From: a bacterium
Lineage (GTDB): Bacteria > UBP18 > UBA7526
Assembly: GCA_030615855.1 (NCBI GenBank)
Contig: JAUWYL010000009.1
Span: 1-38,512 of the forward strand
Length of the DNA stretch: 38,512 bases
Reading direction: 5' to 3'
Of the stretch, positions 9,528 through 17,143 are shown in pieces. Each line of letters starts with the position of its first letter. The first letter of the stretch is position 1. Under the pieces are notes generated by a model. That model saw nothing but the letters and a program-made list of their open reading frames with translations. It did no database searches and was not told the DNA's origin. Made by a program: the position numbers and the translations under genes.

Positions 9528-9903
9528 AAGTCATTTTGCATTTTGTCAAATATCTAATGTAACCGTTAAGCACTTTACGCGTTCTAATACACAGATTATA
9601 TAATTTTTGACACTCTTTCAAAGGAGCCTGCTTTAGATCTCTGGCGGCAATAATATGGTTTCTGGTTTCTTCTAACGAACCCCGGGCTATACGACAAGAA
9701 TGAATATTCTCCTGCCAGTGGTATCTGCCGAATCCTTCGGCTATATTAGCCCCCACAGAGGAAGAAGAACGCTTCAGCTGTGCTATGCGATTGTATTTTT
9801 CATCTTCTGGAAGATATTTGACAAACTTATACACTTCTAACATTACTTGATGGGCTAATTTCCAAGCATCCAGATCTTCAAAATTGTCTATCTTTCCTAG
9901 CAT
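9526..9903 (-). CDS. Four-helix-bundle protein (23S rRNA-intervening-sequence protein family)
   Basis: FEDLDAWK, QLKRSSSSVGANIAEGFGR and IARGSLEE motifs. Confidence 0.9.
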   Translation of the reverse strand: MLGKIDNFEDLDAWKLAHQVMLEVYKFVKYLPEDEKYNRIAQLKRSSSSVGANIAEGFGRYHWQENIHSCRIARGSLEETRNHIIAARDLKQAPLKECQKLYNLCIRTRKVLNGYIRYLTKCKMT

Positions 9904-9917
9904 TCTTCTCTCCTTTT

Positions 9918-9945
9918 CGCATCAACGCATTTCGCATTAACGCAT
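9918..9945. repeat. AACGCAT arm upstream of the four-helix-bundle gene (inverse of 9497-9527)
   Basis: cgcatc aacgcat tt cgcatt aacgcat; overlaps the argD stop codon. Confidence 0.8.
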
Positions 9946-11124
9946 TCCGATCTTGCTAAATACTTCATCCAATACATCGATTACTCTATCTATTTCTTTT
10001 TTGGTTACAATCAAAGGTGGGACAAACCTCAGGACCTTATCTACGGTGCAGTTGATAAGGATCCCCTTCTCCTGACATTTACTAACAATATCCTTTCCTT
10101 CAAAATCCAATTCTACACCAATCATCAAACCCTTTCCCCGAACATTTTTAATAAAAGAATATTTCTTTTTAAGTTCTTTCAATTTTTCTATAAAATAATT
10201 GCCTACTTGGACGGCGTTTTCTATTAGTTTCTCCTCCAAAATGGCCTCCATCGCTGCACGGGCCGCGTTACAGGCAAGAGGATTGCCCCCGAAGGTAGAG
10301 GCATGGTCACCCGGAGAGAAATAAGAGGCGATCTTATCTTTAGTAATTATACAACCGATGGGAAAGCCTCCTCCCAGGCTCTTGGCCAAGGTCATAATAT
10401 CTGGCTCTATCCCATAATGCTCATAAGAGAATAACTTCCCTGTCCTTCCCATCCCGCACTGAATCTCATCCAAGATGAGTAAAAGGTTATTCTCATCACA
10501 CAACTTTCGAATACCTTTTAGATAATCATCTTTAGCAACATTTATTCCGCCTTCTCCTTGAATGGGTTCTAACATTATAGCCACCGTTCGACTGCTAATG
10601 ACTTCTTCTACTTTCTCCAAGTTATTAAAAGGAACGATCTTAAATCCCGGGGCTAAGGGGGCATAACCTTTTCTATACTTCTCCTGTCCAGTAGCGGTTA
10701 AGGTAGCCAATGTCCTTCCATGGAAGGAGCCCTCCATACAGATTATTTCATACCTCTTTCCCTTTCCATATTTGCGAGAGAGTTTTATGGCTGCCTCGTT
10801 GGCCTCTGCCCCACTATTACAGAAGAAGGACTTATCCCCAAATGAGTTCTCTGCCAATAGTTTTGCTAACTTTACTTGAGGCTCAATGTAATAGAGATTT
10901 GAAATATGCATTAACTGGCTAACTTGCTGCTGAATGGCCTTCACCACCTTTGAATGGCAATGACCCAATCCATTTACCGCAATCCCGGCCACGAAGTCTA
11001 GATACTCTTTCCCTTCACTATCCCAGACCTTTGTCCCCCTTCCCTTAACCAGGACCAGAGGAGCCCTCTTATAGGTATGAATCACATATTTTTCGTCTAA
11101 CTTCTTTACTTCTTCTGTCTTCAC
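9937..11124 (-). CDS. argD: Acetylornithine aminotransferase
   Basis: NSGAEANE, FHGRT, DEIQCGMGRTG and AKSLGGG motifs. Confidence 0.95.
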   Translation of the reverse strand: MKTEEVKKLDEKYVIHTYKRAPLVLVKGRGTKVWDSEGKEYLDFVAGIAVNGLGHCHSKVVKAIQQQVSQLMHISNLYYIEPQVKLAKLLAENSFGDKSFFCNSGAEANEAAIKLSRKYGKGKRYEIICMEGSFHGRTLATLTATGQEKYRKGYAPLAPGFKIVPFNNLEKVEEVISSRTVAIMLEPIQGEGGINVAKDDYLKGIRKLCDENNLLLILDEIQCGMGRTGKLFSYEHYGIEPDIMTLAKSLGGGFPIGCIITKDKIASYFSPGDHASTFGGNPLACNAARAAMEAILEEKLIENAVQVGNYFIEKLKELKKKYSFIKNVRGKGLMIGVELDFEGKDIVSKCQEKGILINCTVDKVLRFVPPLIVTKKEIDRVIDVLDEVFSKIGMR

Positions 11125-11232
11125 CCCGCACCTTCTCCGAATCCTATTATTTTTATTTAACTACTGTGCTAACCTCTATGTCCCCCCATACCCTCTTATT
11201 AAGAATATGATTGAATATAAGAAGGTGCGGGG
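11124..11232. mobile_element. MITE, 109 bp, second copy of 1319-1426
   Basis: Same 13-bp TIR and a closely similar internal sequence; flanks TTCA/TTTA. Confidence 0.85.
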
Positions 11233-11233
11233 T

Positions 11234-12085
11234 TTACTTCACAATCTCTGTTCCGATTCCTTTGTCGGTATAGATCTCTAAGAGAAGGGAATGGGGGATG
11301 CGACCATCTATGATGTGGGTCTTGGCTACCCCGGCCTTCAGGGCAGTGATGCAGGCCTTCACCTTGGGAATCATCCCGGCCTCGATGACTCCCTTTTCTA
11401 TCAACTTCTTAGCATCCTTAATCTTCAAGGTAGGTAAAAGAGTTTTGCCTTTATAGATACCCTTGACATCTGTTAAAAGAACCAATTTGTGGGCCTTCAA
11501 GGCGCTAGCGAGCTCTCCGGCAACCAGATCAGCATTCATATTATAGGTATGACCATCCTTGCCTGCTCCTATGGGAGAAATGACGGGAATGAAGTCCTGT
11601 TTGCCTAAGACATCTATGATGCCCGGATTAATGGATTCCACCTCTCCCACATAACCCATATCTTCACCTTTTTCGCCTAAGAGCTTCTTTGCCCGGATGA
11701 GGTTTCCATCTTTGCCACTTAGTCCGGCAGCATTCCCTCCGTTCTCATTGATTAGTTTCACGATCTCGGAGTTTATCTTGCCATCCAAGACCATCTCTAC
11801 GATTTCCGCTGTCTCCTTATCCGTAACCCTCAGCCCCTTGATGAACTCTGGCTTCTTGCCCAATTTCTTCATGAGTTCTGAGATCTGAGTCCCTCCCCCA
11901 TGAACCACGATCGGGTGCATACCCACATATTCCATGAAGATAATATCCTGGATGACGCTTCGCTTCAGATCCTCATGGATCATGGCGCTTCCCCCATATT
12001 TAATGACTACTGTCTTATCGTAGAAGGATTTGATATAGGGTAGAGCCTCCATCAAGACCTTTGCTTTCTTTATCGCCTCTTTCAT
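11234..12085 (-). CDS. argB: Acetylglutamate kinase
   Basis: VIKYGGSAM, VHGGG, NMNAD and GMIPKV motifs. Start moved to ATG 12085. Confidence 0.95.
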   Translation of the reverse strand: MKEAIKKAKVLMEALPYIKSFYDKTVVIKYGGSAMIHEDLKRSVIQDIIFMEYVGMHPIVVHGGGTQISELMKKLGKKPEFIKGLRVTDKETAEIVEMVLDGKINSEIVKLINENGGNAAGLSGKDGNLIRAKKLLGEKGEDMGYVGEVESINPGIIDVLGKQDFIPVISPIGAGKDGHTYNMNADLVAGELASALKAHKLVLLTDVKGIYKGKTLLPTLKIKDAKKLIEKGVIEAGMIPKVKACITALKAGVAKTHIIDGRIPHSLLLEIYTDKGIGTEIVK

Positions 12086-12092
12086 CTTTACA

Positions 12093-12130
12093 CCACAGAT
12101 TAACACAGATTAATTACAGATACTCACAGA
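12093..12130. repeat. CACAGAT x4 repeat arm
   Basis: cacagattaa cacagattaat tacagatact cacagat. Confidence 0.8.
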
Positions 12131-12165
12131 TCATTAAGCGGGTGACTCGGCAGATTTCTGTACTT

Positions 12166-12717
12166 TTAAAATTTTACTTCAGGAGCCCGCCTTACAGAAA
12201 CATCCTCTATCTCAAAGAACTCTGCCTTCTTGAAATTGAAGAGATTGGCGATGATCCTGTTAGGGAAGCGCTGAATGGCGATATTGAGTTTCGCCGTCCA
12301 ATCGTTGTAGTGGTTTCGGGCGAAGGATACCCTGTTCTCTGTTGAGGTAAGTTCTTCATGCAAGGTAAGCATATTCTGATTGGCCTTCAGATCGGGATAA
12401 TTCTCCACTACCGCGAAGAGGCTCTTTAGGGTCTGGGTGAGGAAATTCTCTGCCTTGGCCTGGTCCTGGACCCCAGAGGCACTGATCGCCTGGCTGCGGG
12501 CCTTGATCACGTTCTCCAGAACCTCCCGCTCATGCTTCAGATATCCCTTGGCCGTCTCCACCAGATTGGGGATAAGGTCATACCTCCTCTTAAGTTGGAC
12601 GTCGATCCCTGCCCAAGCATTCTTCAAGTGAGCCCGAAGGGAGATAAGGCGATTATAGGTAATGACTGCCCAGAGTATCGGGATAATAACGACCACTATC
12701 AAAACATAAATAATCAT
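12166..12717 (-). CDS. lemA: LemA family protein
   Basis: N-terminal TM segment; IDVQLKRRYDLIPNLV and ENYPDLKAN motifs. Confidence 0.93.
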   Translation of the reverse strand: MIIYVLIVVVIIPILWAVITYNRLISLRAHLKNAWAGIDVQLKRRYDLIPNLVETAKGYLKHEREVLENVIKARSQAISASGVQDQAKAENFLTQTLKSLFAVVENYPDLKANQNMLTLHEELTSTENRVSFARNHYNDWTAKLNIAIQRFPNRIIANLFNFKKAEFFEIEDVSVRRAPEVKF

Positions 12718-12732
12718 AAGTCACCTCCTTAA

Positions 12733-12860
12733 ACACGGATTTCTTACTTCACTTACTGCTTGAGTTTAAAAACACGGATTACACGATGCACTTCGTTGGC
12801 ATCGTAGGGTGCTTGAATAAATCAGGCAACGCCACGGATAAAATCTTAGACGCAGATTCA
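12733..12860. repeat. CACGGAT-type arm containing the ~50-bp unit and a GATGC hairpin
   Basis: acacggat x2, cacggat, cgcagat; hairpin acgatgc...gcatcgt at 12783-12805. Confidence 0.75.
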
Positions 12861-12877
12861 AATTCCGTTGCTTCAGA

Positions 12878-14563
12878 TTAGGCTATTTTCTTTCCTGCCA
12901 AATTATTCTCTATGGCGCACTGGAGGATCGCCAGTTCATCCTTATCGAACCAGGTTGCCTGGCATCCATAACATCTGTCCACCTCAATGGGATAGGCCAG
13001 GCTGTAGAAAGTGCGGCGCATCTCTTTAAGGCAGCTGGGACACTTGAGTTGAGGGAATTCTTTGGGCAATTTTTTCCACCTCTTGATGGTATACCTCTTA
13101 ACGTTCTTACCCACCATTTCCTTAGCCAACTTCAGTATGCGCTCCAAGAATACTCTTTCCTCTCTCAGTAGGATGCGTGCTACCTTATCATTCTCTAAAA
13201 ATTTACCCCCGCAGAACATGCAGCGATATACCGTTGTGCCCTCATATTCTTTCTCCAGGAGACACTGATTACATCTGGGACATCTCAGATTTCCGGTCGT
13301 TCTTCCTCTGATGCGCTTGGCGAGCATCTTGGAAAGTGAGGGATTCCGGAAGGCACGCTCCGCCTTTCCCTTGCCCTTTTGATATACCCAGGAGCTAGGC
13401 CTAAACCAGGAGAGGGCAACAAGCTGGGGCAGGGTATAGGGACCTTTCCAATTTCCCTCTTTATCGTGTGCATACCAGCTGCCTCTCCCTAAAGAGACCT
13501 TTTTAGGGGCCCTCCTCGCCTTCTTTAATCTTTTCTTGGCCTTTCTCTTCTCCTCCAAAACCCGGATCTCGCTATGGGCCATAGCGAGCAGTATCTTTAT
13601 TCTCTTACTTATTGGAGGATGAGTAGAGAAGAGGTCAGCCCATAACCCTTCACTCTCATCGAGTTCGTTTGCTCTGGGGTTCATAATGAAGAGGGATTCC
13701 AGACCATCCCCAATATCGCCTGAGCCCCTCCAATTTCTGGAGATCTCATAAAGGGCTTCTGCTAAACCTAAGGGATTTCGGTTAATGCGGACTGCTGTGG
13801 CATCGGCGCGATACTCCCTCTGCCGGGAGATGGTGAGCTTTATGAAGCGAGCCATACCCTGGAGAATGGAGAGAGTGAGATAGGTTACCACCGCCAAGGC
13901 CATTACCTGGGCACCCGCCCTCCCATAGTAGCGCCTCCCCCTACTCTCAAGTTGATTCCTTATCTTAGAAAGAATCAGGGCATAGACTCCGAAGAGGGAA
14001 CAGGTAATGGTATTCTGAAGGCAGTCCCCCTGAGCGATATGGGCTGTCTCGTGGGCTACTACGGCCTCCAATTGCGATCGATTCAGCCTTGAGATGAGGC
14101 CCTCGGTTACCCCGATAATTGCATTATTATCAAAGTCCGCCAGGGCGAAGGCATTCATTGCCAAAGTGGGCAAGACCATCCCTCTTATCTGGTAGCGGCT
14201 ACCAATGGCAACCGAGGCCTCTTCTACAATATTCCTCAGCCTCTGATGGTAGCGGTCCTTTCTATCTAAGGGCTTTGCTCCCAGACGCAGGATGAACTTC
14301 CCCAATAATCTGTTTAAAGAGAAGCGCAGATGGATTATGGCCGCCACTAAAGAGACGAAAAAGATAAATAGAATCTGAATCGGGGTTAGAGCAAAGCGAA
14401 TACTAAGACCTGGGTGAGATAATGCTATTCTAAATGTTATAAAGAATTTCAGGATATAGCCGAGTATTAAAGCGGTCAAAAAATAAAAGACAATTAAAAT
14501 GGCGAAGAGAAGGAATATCCTATAGCTTTTCTCTTGTTCTATCTCTACATAAGTAAGTGCCAT
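12878..14563 (-). CDS. HtpX-like M48 membrane metalloprotease with C-terminal GYF-like and two zinc-ribbon domains
   Basis: NAFA, HETAH (HExxH), SRQREYRAD and STHP motifs; WY...GPYTLPQL; CPRC..CMFC and CPSC..CYGC. Confidence 0.85.
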   Translation of the reverse strand: MALTYVEIEQEKSYRIFLLFAILIVFYFLTALILGYILKFFITFRIALSHPGLSIRFALTPIQILFIFFVSLVAAIIHLRFSLNRLLGKFILRLGAKPLDRKDRYHQRLRNIVEEASVAIGSRYQIRGMVLPTLAMNAFALADFDNNAIIGVTEGLISRLNRSQLEAVVAHETAHIAQGDCLQNTITCSLFGVYALILSKIRNQLESRGRRYYGRAGAQVMALAVVTYLTLSILQGMARFIKLTISRQREYRADATAVRINRNPLGLAEALYEISRNWRGSGDIGDGLESLFIMNPRANELDESEGLWADLFSTHPPISKRIKILLAMAHSEIRVLEEKRKAKKRLKKARRAPKKVSLGRGSWYAHDKEGNWKGPYTLPQLVALSWFRPSSWVYQKGKGKAERAFRNPSLSKMLAKRIRGRTTGNLRCPRCNQCLLEKEYEGTTVYRCMFCGGKFLENDKVARILLREERVFLERILKLAKEMVGKNVKRYTIKRWKKLPKEFPQLKCPSCLKEMRRTFYSLAYPIEVDRCYGCQATWFDKDELAILQCAIENNLAGKKIA

Positions 14564-14658
14564 CTTAGAAAATTTTCTTATCTTTCATTTTTTATAAAGC
14601 ATCTGCGGTCATTGCTTAATATTTATGCTCTCTCGGATGCCAGCGAAGCGCATCCGGC

Positions 14659-14689
14659 ATCTGCGTTGATATCTGCGATAATCTGCGTC
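14659..14689. repeat. ATCTGCG x3 repeat arm immediately 3' of tRNA-Glu
   Basis: atctgcgttgat atctgcgata atctgcgtc. Confidence 0.75.
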
Positions 14690-14690
14690 T

Positions 14691-14768
14691 TGGTAGCGCG
14701 TAGGGGATTCGAACCCCTGATCTCCGCCTTGAGAGGGCGGCGTCTTAAACCAGCTGGACTAACGCGCC
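14691..14768 (-). tRNA. tRNA-Glu (CTC)
   Basis: GGCGCGT...CCGCC-CTCTCAA-GGCGG...GGTTCGAATCC...ACGCGCT-ACCA cloverleaf with encoded CCA. Confidence 0.96.
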
Positions 14769-14793
14769 ATCTAAAAATTAGTTATTACTAAGT

Positions 14794-15393
14794 TTACTCT
14801 TTTCTAACATCTTCTTGAATATCTTGAACAAATTTAGCTAATTGACTTTTTGCTTTTTTGCTTCTATTAGAAATAAAATAAACATTTGTTTTTAAATATT
14901 GTCCAATCTGATACATCTCAAAATCACAGGTAAGGATTTTAGCTTTAAGTTGTTTACCTTCTGTTAATATTATAAAATCATTTAACTCAACATGTTTAAC
15001 TTTTCTTTTTCTTGGATACTCATCATATTTTTCTATGACCGAATCAATAGTTAATGGTGTACCACCCCACCTTATTGGTGGCCCTATTTTTGTAAGAACG
15101 GGTTTAAATTTTTTCATAAGTGTCATTTTTGGGCTTAAACGATACCCTTTTCTAAAGTATTCAATAAATTCAAAAAATGCGCTATGACTTACATATAATC
15201 CTATTCTATCCTTATACTGCCGTAGAAAATTGATTGCGGCCCAAACATCTCGGTGGTGGTGGTGTGAAGAATCACACAGAGGTATCAATATTGAGGTATC
15301 TAACAATACTTTTATTTCTTTCTTTTTTGTTCTTATTTTTCTGGGCCGTGAGCCCTTTGTTAGTGGTACTTTTTTATTGCTTGTCTTTGCCAT
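14794..15393 (-). CDS. PIN-domain (VapC-like) ribonuclease
   Basis: VLLDTSILI, EFIE, LNDFIIL and ILTCD acidic motifs; AT-rich. ATG 15393 lies behind GAGGTG. Confidence 0.8.
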   Translation of the reverse strand: MAKTSNKKVPLTKGSRPRKIRTKKKEIKVLLDTSILIPLCDSSHHHHRDVWAAINFLRQYKDRIGLYVSHSAFFEFIEYFRKGYRLSPKMTLMKKFKPVLTKIGPPIRWGGTPLTIDSVIEKYDEYPRKRKVKHVELNDFIILTEGKQLKAKILTCDFEMYQIGQYLKTNVYFISNRSKKAKSQLAKFVQDIQEDVRKE

Positions 15394-15426
15394 CCCATAC
15401 ACCTCTTAATAATCTTGATAGTTTGT

Positions 15427-15462
15427 AGGGCGGCGTCTTAAACCAGCTGGACTAACGCGCCA
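15427..15462 (-). repeat. Exact copy of the 5' half of tRNA-Glu (att-like direct repeat of 14734-14769)
   Basis: 36-bp identity, ending at CCCT just before the anticodon. Confidence 0.92.
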
Positions 15463-15474
15463 AAATTTCTGAAA

Positions 15475-15572
15475 GAAATTTTGATCTCGAGTCCAGGAAG
15501 TGGCCAAGAGACCTTAAAATACAACATGAAATTTTGATCTCGAATCCCGAACTTCATCGGGATGAGAGACCT
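15475..15572. repeat. Two tandem units GAAATTTTGATCTCGA...AGAGACCT
   Basis: Copies at 15475-15514 and 15528-15572; the second encloses the hairpin atcccga-acttca-tcgggat. Confidence 0.7.
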
Positions 15573-15581
15573 ATAATTTAG

Positions 15582-15662
15582 GTATAACATTTTTCGCGCT
15601 TACAACGTTGTGCCCATAAGAGGAAAATATATCTAAGGCCTTTTGTTTAACCTATGTTATGC
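15582..15662 (-). other. Degenerate attC-like site
   Basis: R'' GCATAAC ... R' GTTATAC. The R'' flank matches the putative cassette start at 16452-16469 at 13/18; L boxes are poor. Confidence 0.5.
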
Positions 15663-15673
15663 AAGCTGCAAAA

Positions 15674-16435
15674 TTATGATATTTTTCCTCTTTTAGATAA
15701 ATCTTTAAACATTCTATTTACAGAATCTATACAAACGGCAAAAAGATCTTGTACTTCATCAATACCATATTTAGCTTCAGGATGTTGTGTTGGATTTCTT
15801 TCGTTATATCTGATGCTATCTAAACTGTCTAACAGAGCTTTAGGGGGGGCATCTCTTCTTTTTCTTAAATGTTCAATTATATTACCCCACATCAGTGAAG
15901 CAACTCTTCCATATTTAACAATACTACAATAATAAAATCTAAGAACTCCTTCTGTACCTCTTAAAATATGAAATGCTGCTGCTGTAGGAAGATCAAATGC
16001 TATGCATTTGCCAGCTTCGCTAAAATCGAATTTGGCCAATAGGGGCATTCTTGAGAATACATTTTGAGCAAATAATTCTTGGATGTTATCCACTAATTTT
16101 TTAGTGTCATACCTTTTAGGAGTTATTAAATATGTGTACCGCATCTTCAGTTCAGCATCTAATGTTCTATCTATTTCGTCAACTGCTTCTGTTATTTTGG
16201 TCGCAAGTTTTAAATTTACTTTTTCCTTATTATTCATCTTTCTCAACTCTTTTTCAAGTTTACGTAAACCATCAGCTGCCTTTTTAGTAACTTCTAAATC
16301 TAGAATATCAAAATAGTTAAGAGTGTTTTCCAATGTTGCAAGTACATCTTGAACTGTCCTATTCGCTGATGAATATCTTAATAGACGGTAGTCATATCCA
16401 AAGGCATAATAATTAAATATTTCAGTTTTTTTCAT
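15674..16435 (-). CDS. Hypothetical protein with a C-terminal HEPN-like (RxxxxH) domain
   Basis: EAGKCIAFDLPTAAAFHILRGTE and RNPTQH motifs; AT-rich. ATG 16435 lies behind AGGAG. Confidence 0.7.
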   Translation of the reverse strand: MKKTEIFNYYAFGYDYRLLRYSSANRTVQDVLATLENTLNYFDILDLEVTKKAADGLRKLEKELRKMNNKEKVNLKLATKITEAVDEIDRTLDAELKMRYTYLITPKRYDTKKLVDNIQELFAQNVFSRMPLLAKFDFSEAGKCIAFDLPTAAAFHILRGTEGVLRFYYCSIVKYGRVASLMWGNIIEHLRKRRDAPPKALLDSLDSIRYNERNPTQHPEAKYGIDEVQDLFAVCIDSVNRMFKDLSKRGKIS

Positions 16436-16500
16436 TCTATCTCCTTTTATAATTTGTATCTTGCCTAATTTGTTCGTCAATTTCTATTGAAACTGGCCTG

Positions 16501-16526
16501 CCAACCGAAGCCCTAGCGAAGGTTGG
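16501..16526. repeat. REP-like hairpin CCAACC-N14-GGTTGG adjoining the tRNA-Gln 3'-end copy
   Basis: ccaacc gaagccctagcgaa ggttgg. Confidence 0.6.
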
Positions 16527-16534
16527 CTGCGGGA
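16524..16534 (-). repeat. 11-bp copy of the tRNA-Gln 3' end (TCCCGCAGCCA)
   Basis: Identical to 16938-16948. Confidence 0.8.
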
Positions 16535-16536
16535 TA

Positions 16537-16595
16537 GGCGAACGGTTGAGTTTACCGGCGCGGGTCAGTGCGTATGGTGAAACGAAGTGCTAGGA
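16537..16595 (-). other. Integron attC site (59-base element)
   Basis: TCCTAGC-5nt-GTTTCACC-19nt-GGTAAAC-6nt-GTTCGCC. L''/L' pair with one extrahelical base, and the gene stop lies in R''. Confidence 0.85.
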
Positions 16596-16930
16596 AGCAA
16601 TTGTTTCTTCGGTTTCCCTTCGCTTTTTCATGCGCTTGTTCAACAAGTAACAAACTATTGCTGAAACCAAAAGAACGGGGAATCCTAAACCGGAGAGCAT
16701 CGGAATAATGAGCAAAGCCCACGCGTGGTACTCATCCATGGGGCCGCCCTGCAAGATTGCAGTGCCATAGTAAATAATGATGGGATTGACTATTGACAGA
16801 AGAAGGAGAAGGCCAACAAGTTTGGGGACACGCTTTGCCAAAAACCCTGCGACAACTCCTGCAACAACGTTTACCAGGAATAACGCTGACCATTCTAAAA
16901 TATTTGTTGGCATAAATTCCTGCTTCCTAA
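16543..16930 (-). mobile_element. Integron gene cassette carrying one small membrane-protein gene
   Basis: Starts G/TTAGGAAGCA, complementary at 10/11 to TGCTTCCTAGC at the R'' end; ends at the G/TT of attC R'. Confidence 0.82.
16590..16913 (-). CDS. Small multi-pass membrane protein (107 aa, hypothetical)
   Basis: MPTNILEWSALFLVNVVAG... with about 3-4 hydrophobic segments. The longer ORF-track start crosses the tRNA and is rejected. Confidence 0.75.
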   Translation of the reverse strand: MPTNILEWSALFLVNVVAGVVAGFLAKRVPKLVGLLLLLSIVNPIIIYYGTAILQGGPMDEYHAWALLIIPMLSGLGFPVLLVSAIVCYLLNKRMKKRRETEETIAS

Positions 16931-16937
16931 CCTGGAA

Positions 16938-17011
16938 TGGCTGCGGGACCAGGATTCGAACCTGGGCGACGAGATCCAGAATCTCGCATCCTACCGCTAG
17001 ATGATCCCGCA
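16938..17011 (-). tRNA. tRNA-Gln (CTG)
   Basis: TGCGGGA...CGAGA-TTCTGGA-TCTCG...CCAGGTTCGAATCCTGG-TCCCGCA-GCCA. Confidence 0.96.
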
Positions 17012-17037
17012 AATAAGCTTCACTTCGTTCAACAAAA

Positions 17038-17102
17038 CGCGGATACAAACAGATTGCTGCGGATTCAGACGAATATAATGTCTGTGTGCATCCGTTAATC
17101 TG
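17038..17102. repeat. Degenerate empty CGGAT/ATCCG inverted array in the tRNA leader
   Basis: cgcggat, acagat, gcggat followed by tctgtg, atccgt, atctgc. Confidence 0.55.
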
Positions 17103-17109
17103 CTTGTTT

Positions 17110-17138
17110 ATAATAACATATGTAGAGCAAAATAGCAA
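17110..17138 (-). promoter_or_regulatory. Putative sigma70 promoter for the tRNA operon
   Basis: TTGCTA-17nt-TATTAT with a TG extension. Confidence 0.6.
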
Positions 17139-17143
17139 AATTT

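Noticed and set aside
9526-9903. Four-helix-bundle gene as an rRNA IVS or DGR avd
   Set aside because: No rRNA, reverse transcriptase or TR/VR pair in the window.
14734-15462. Split or intron-containing tRNA-Glu
   Set aside because: The downstream tRNA is already complete, and I saw no group I intron core; an att-like duplication is simpler.
16914-17138. N-terminal extension of the 182-aa ORF
   Set aside because: It runs through tRNA-Gln and its promoter; the real start is ATG 16913 inside the cassette.
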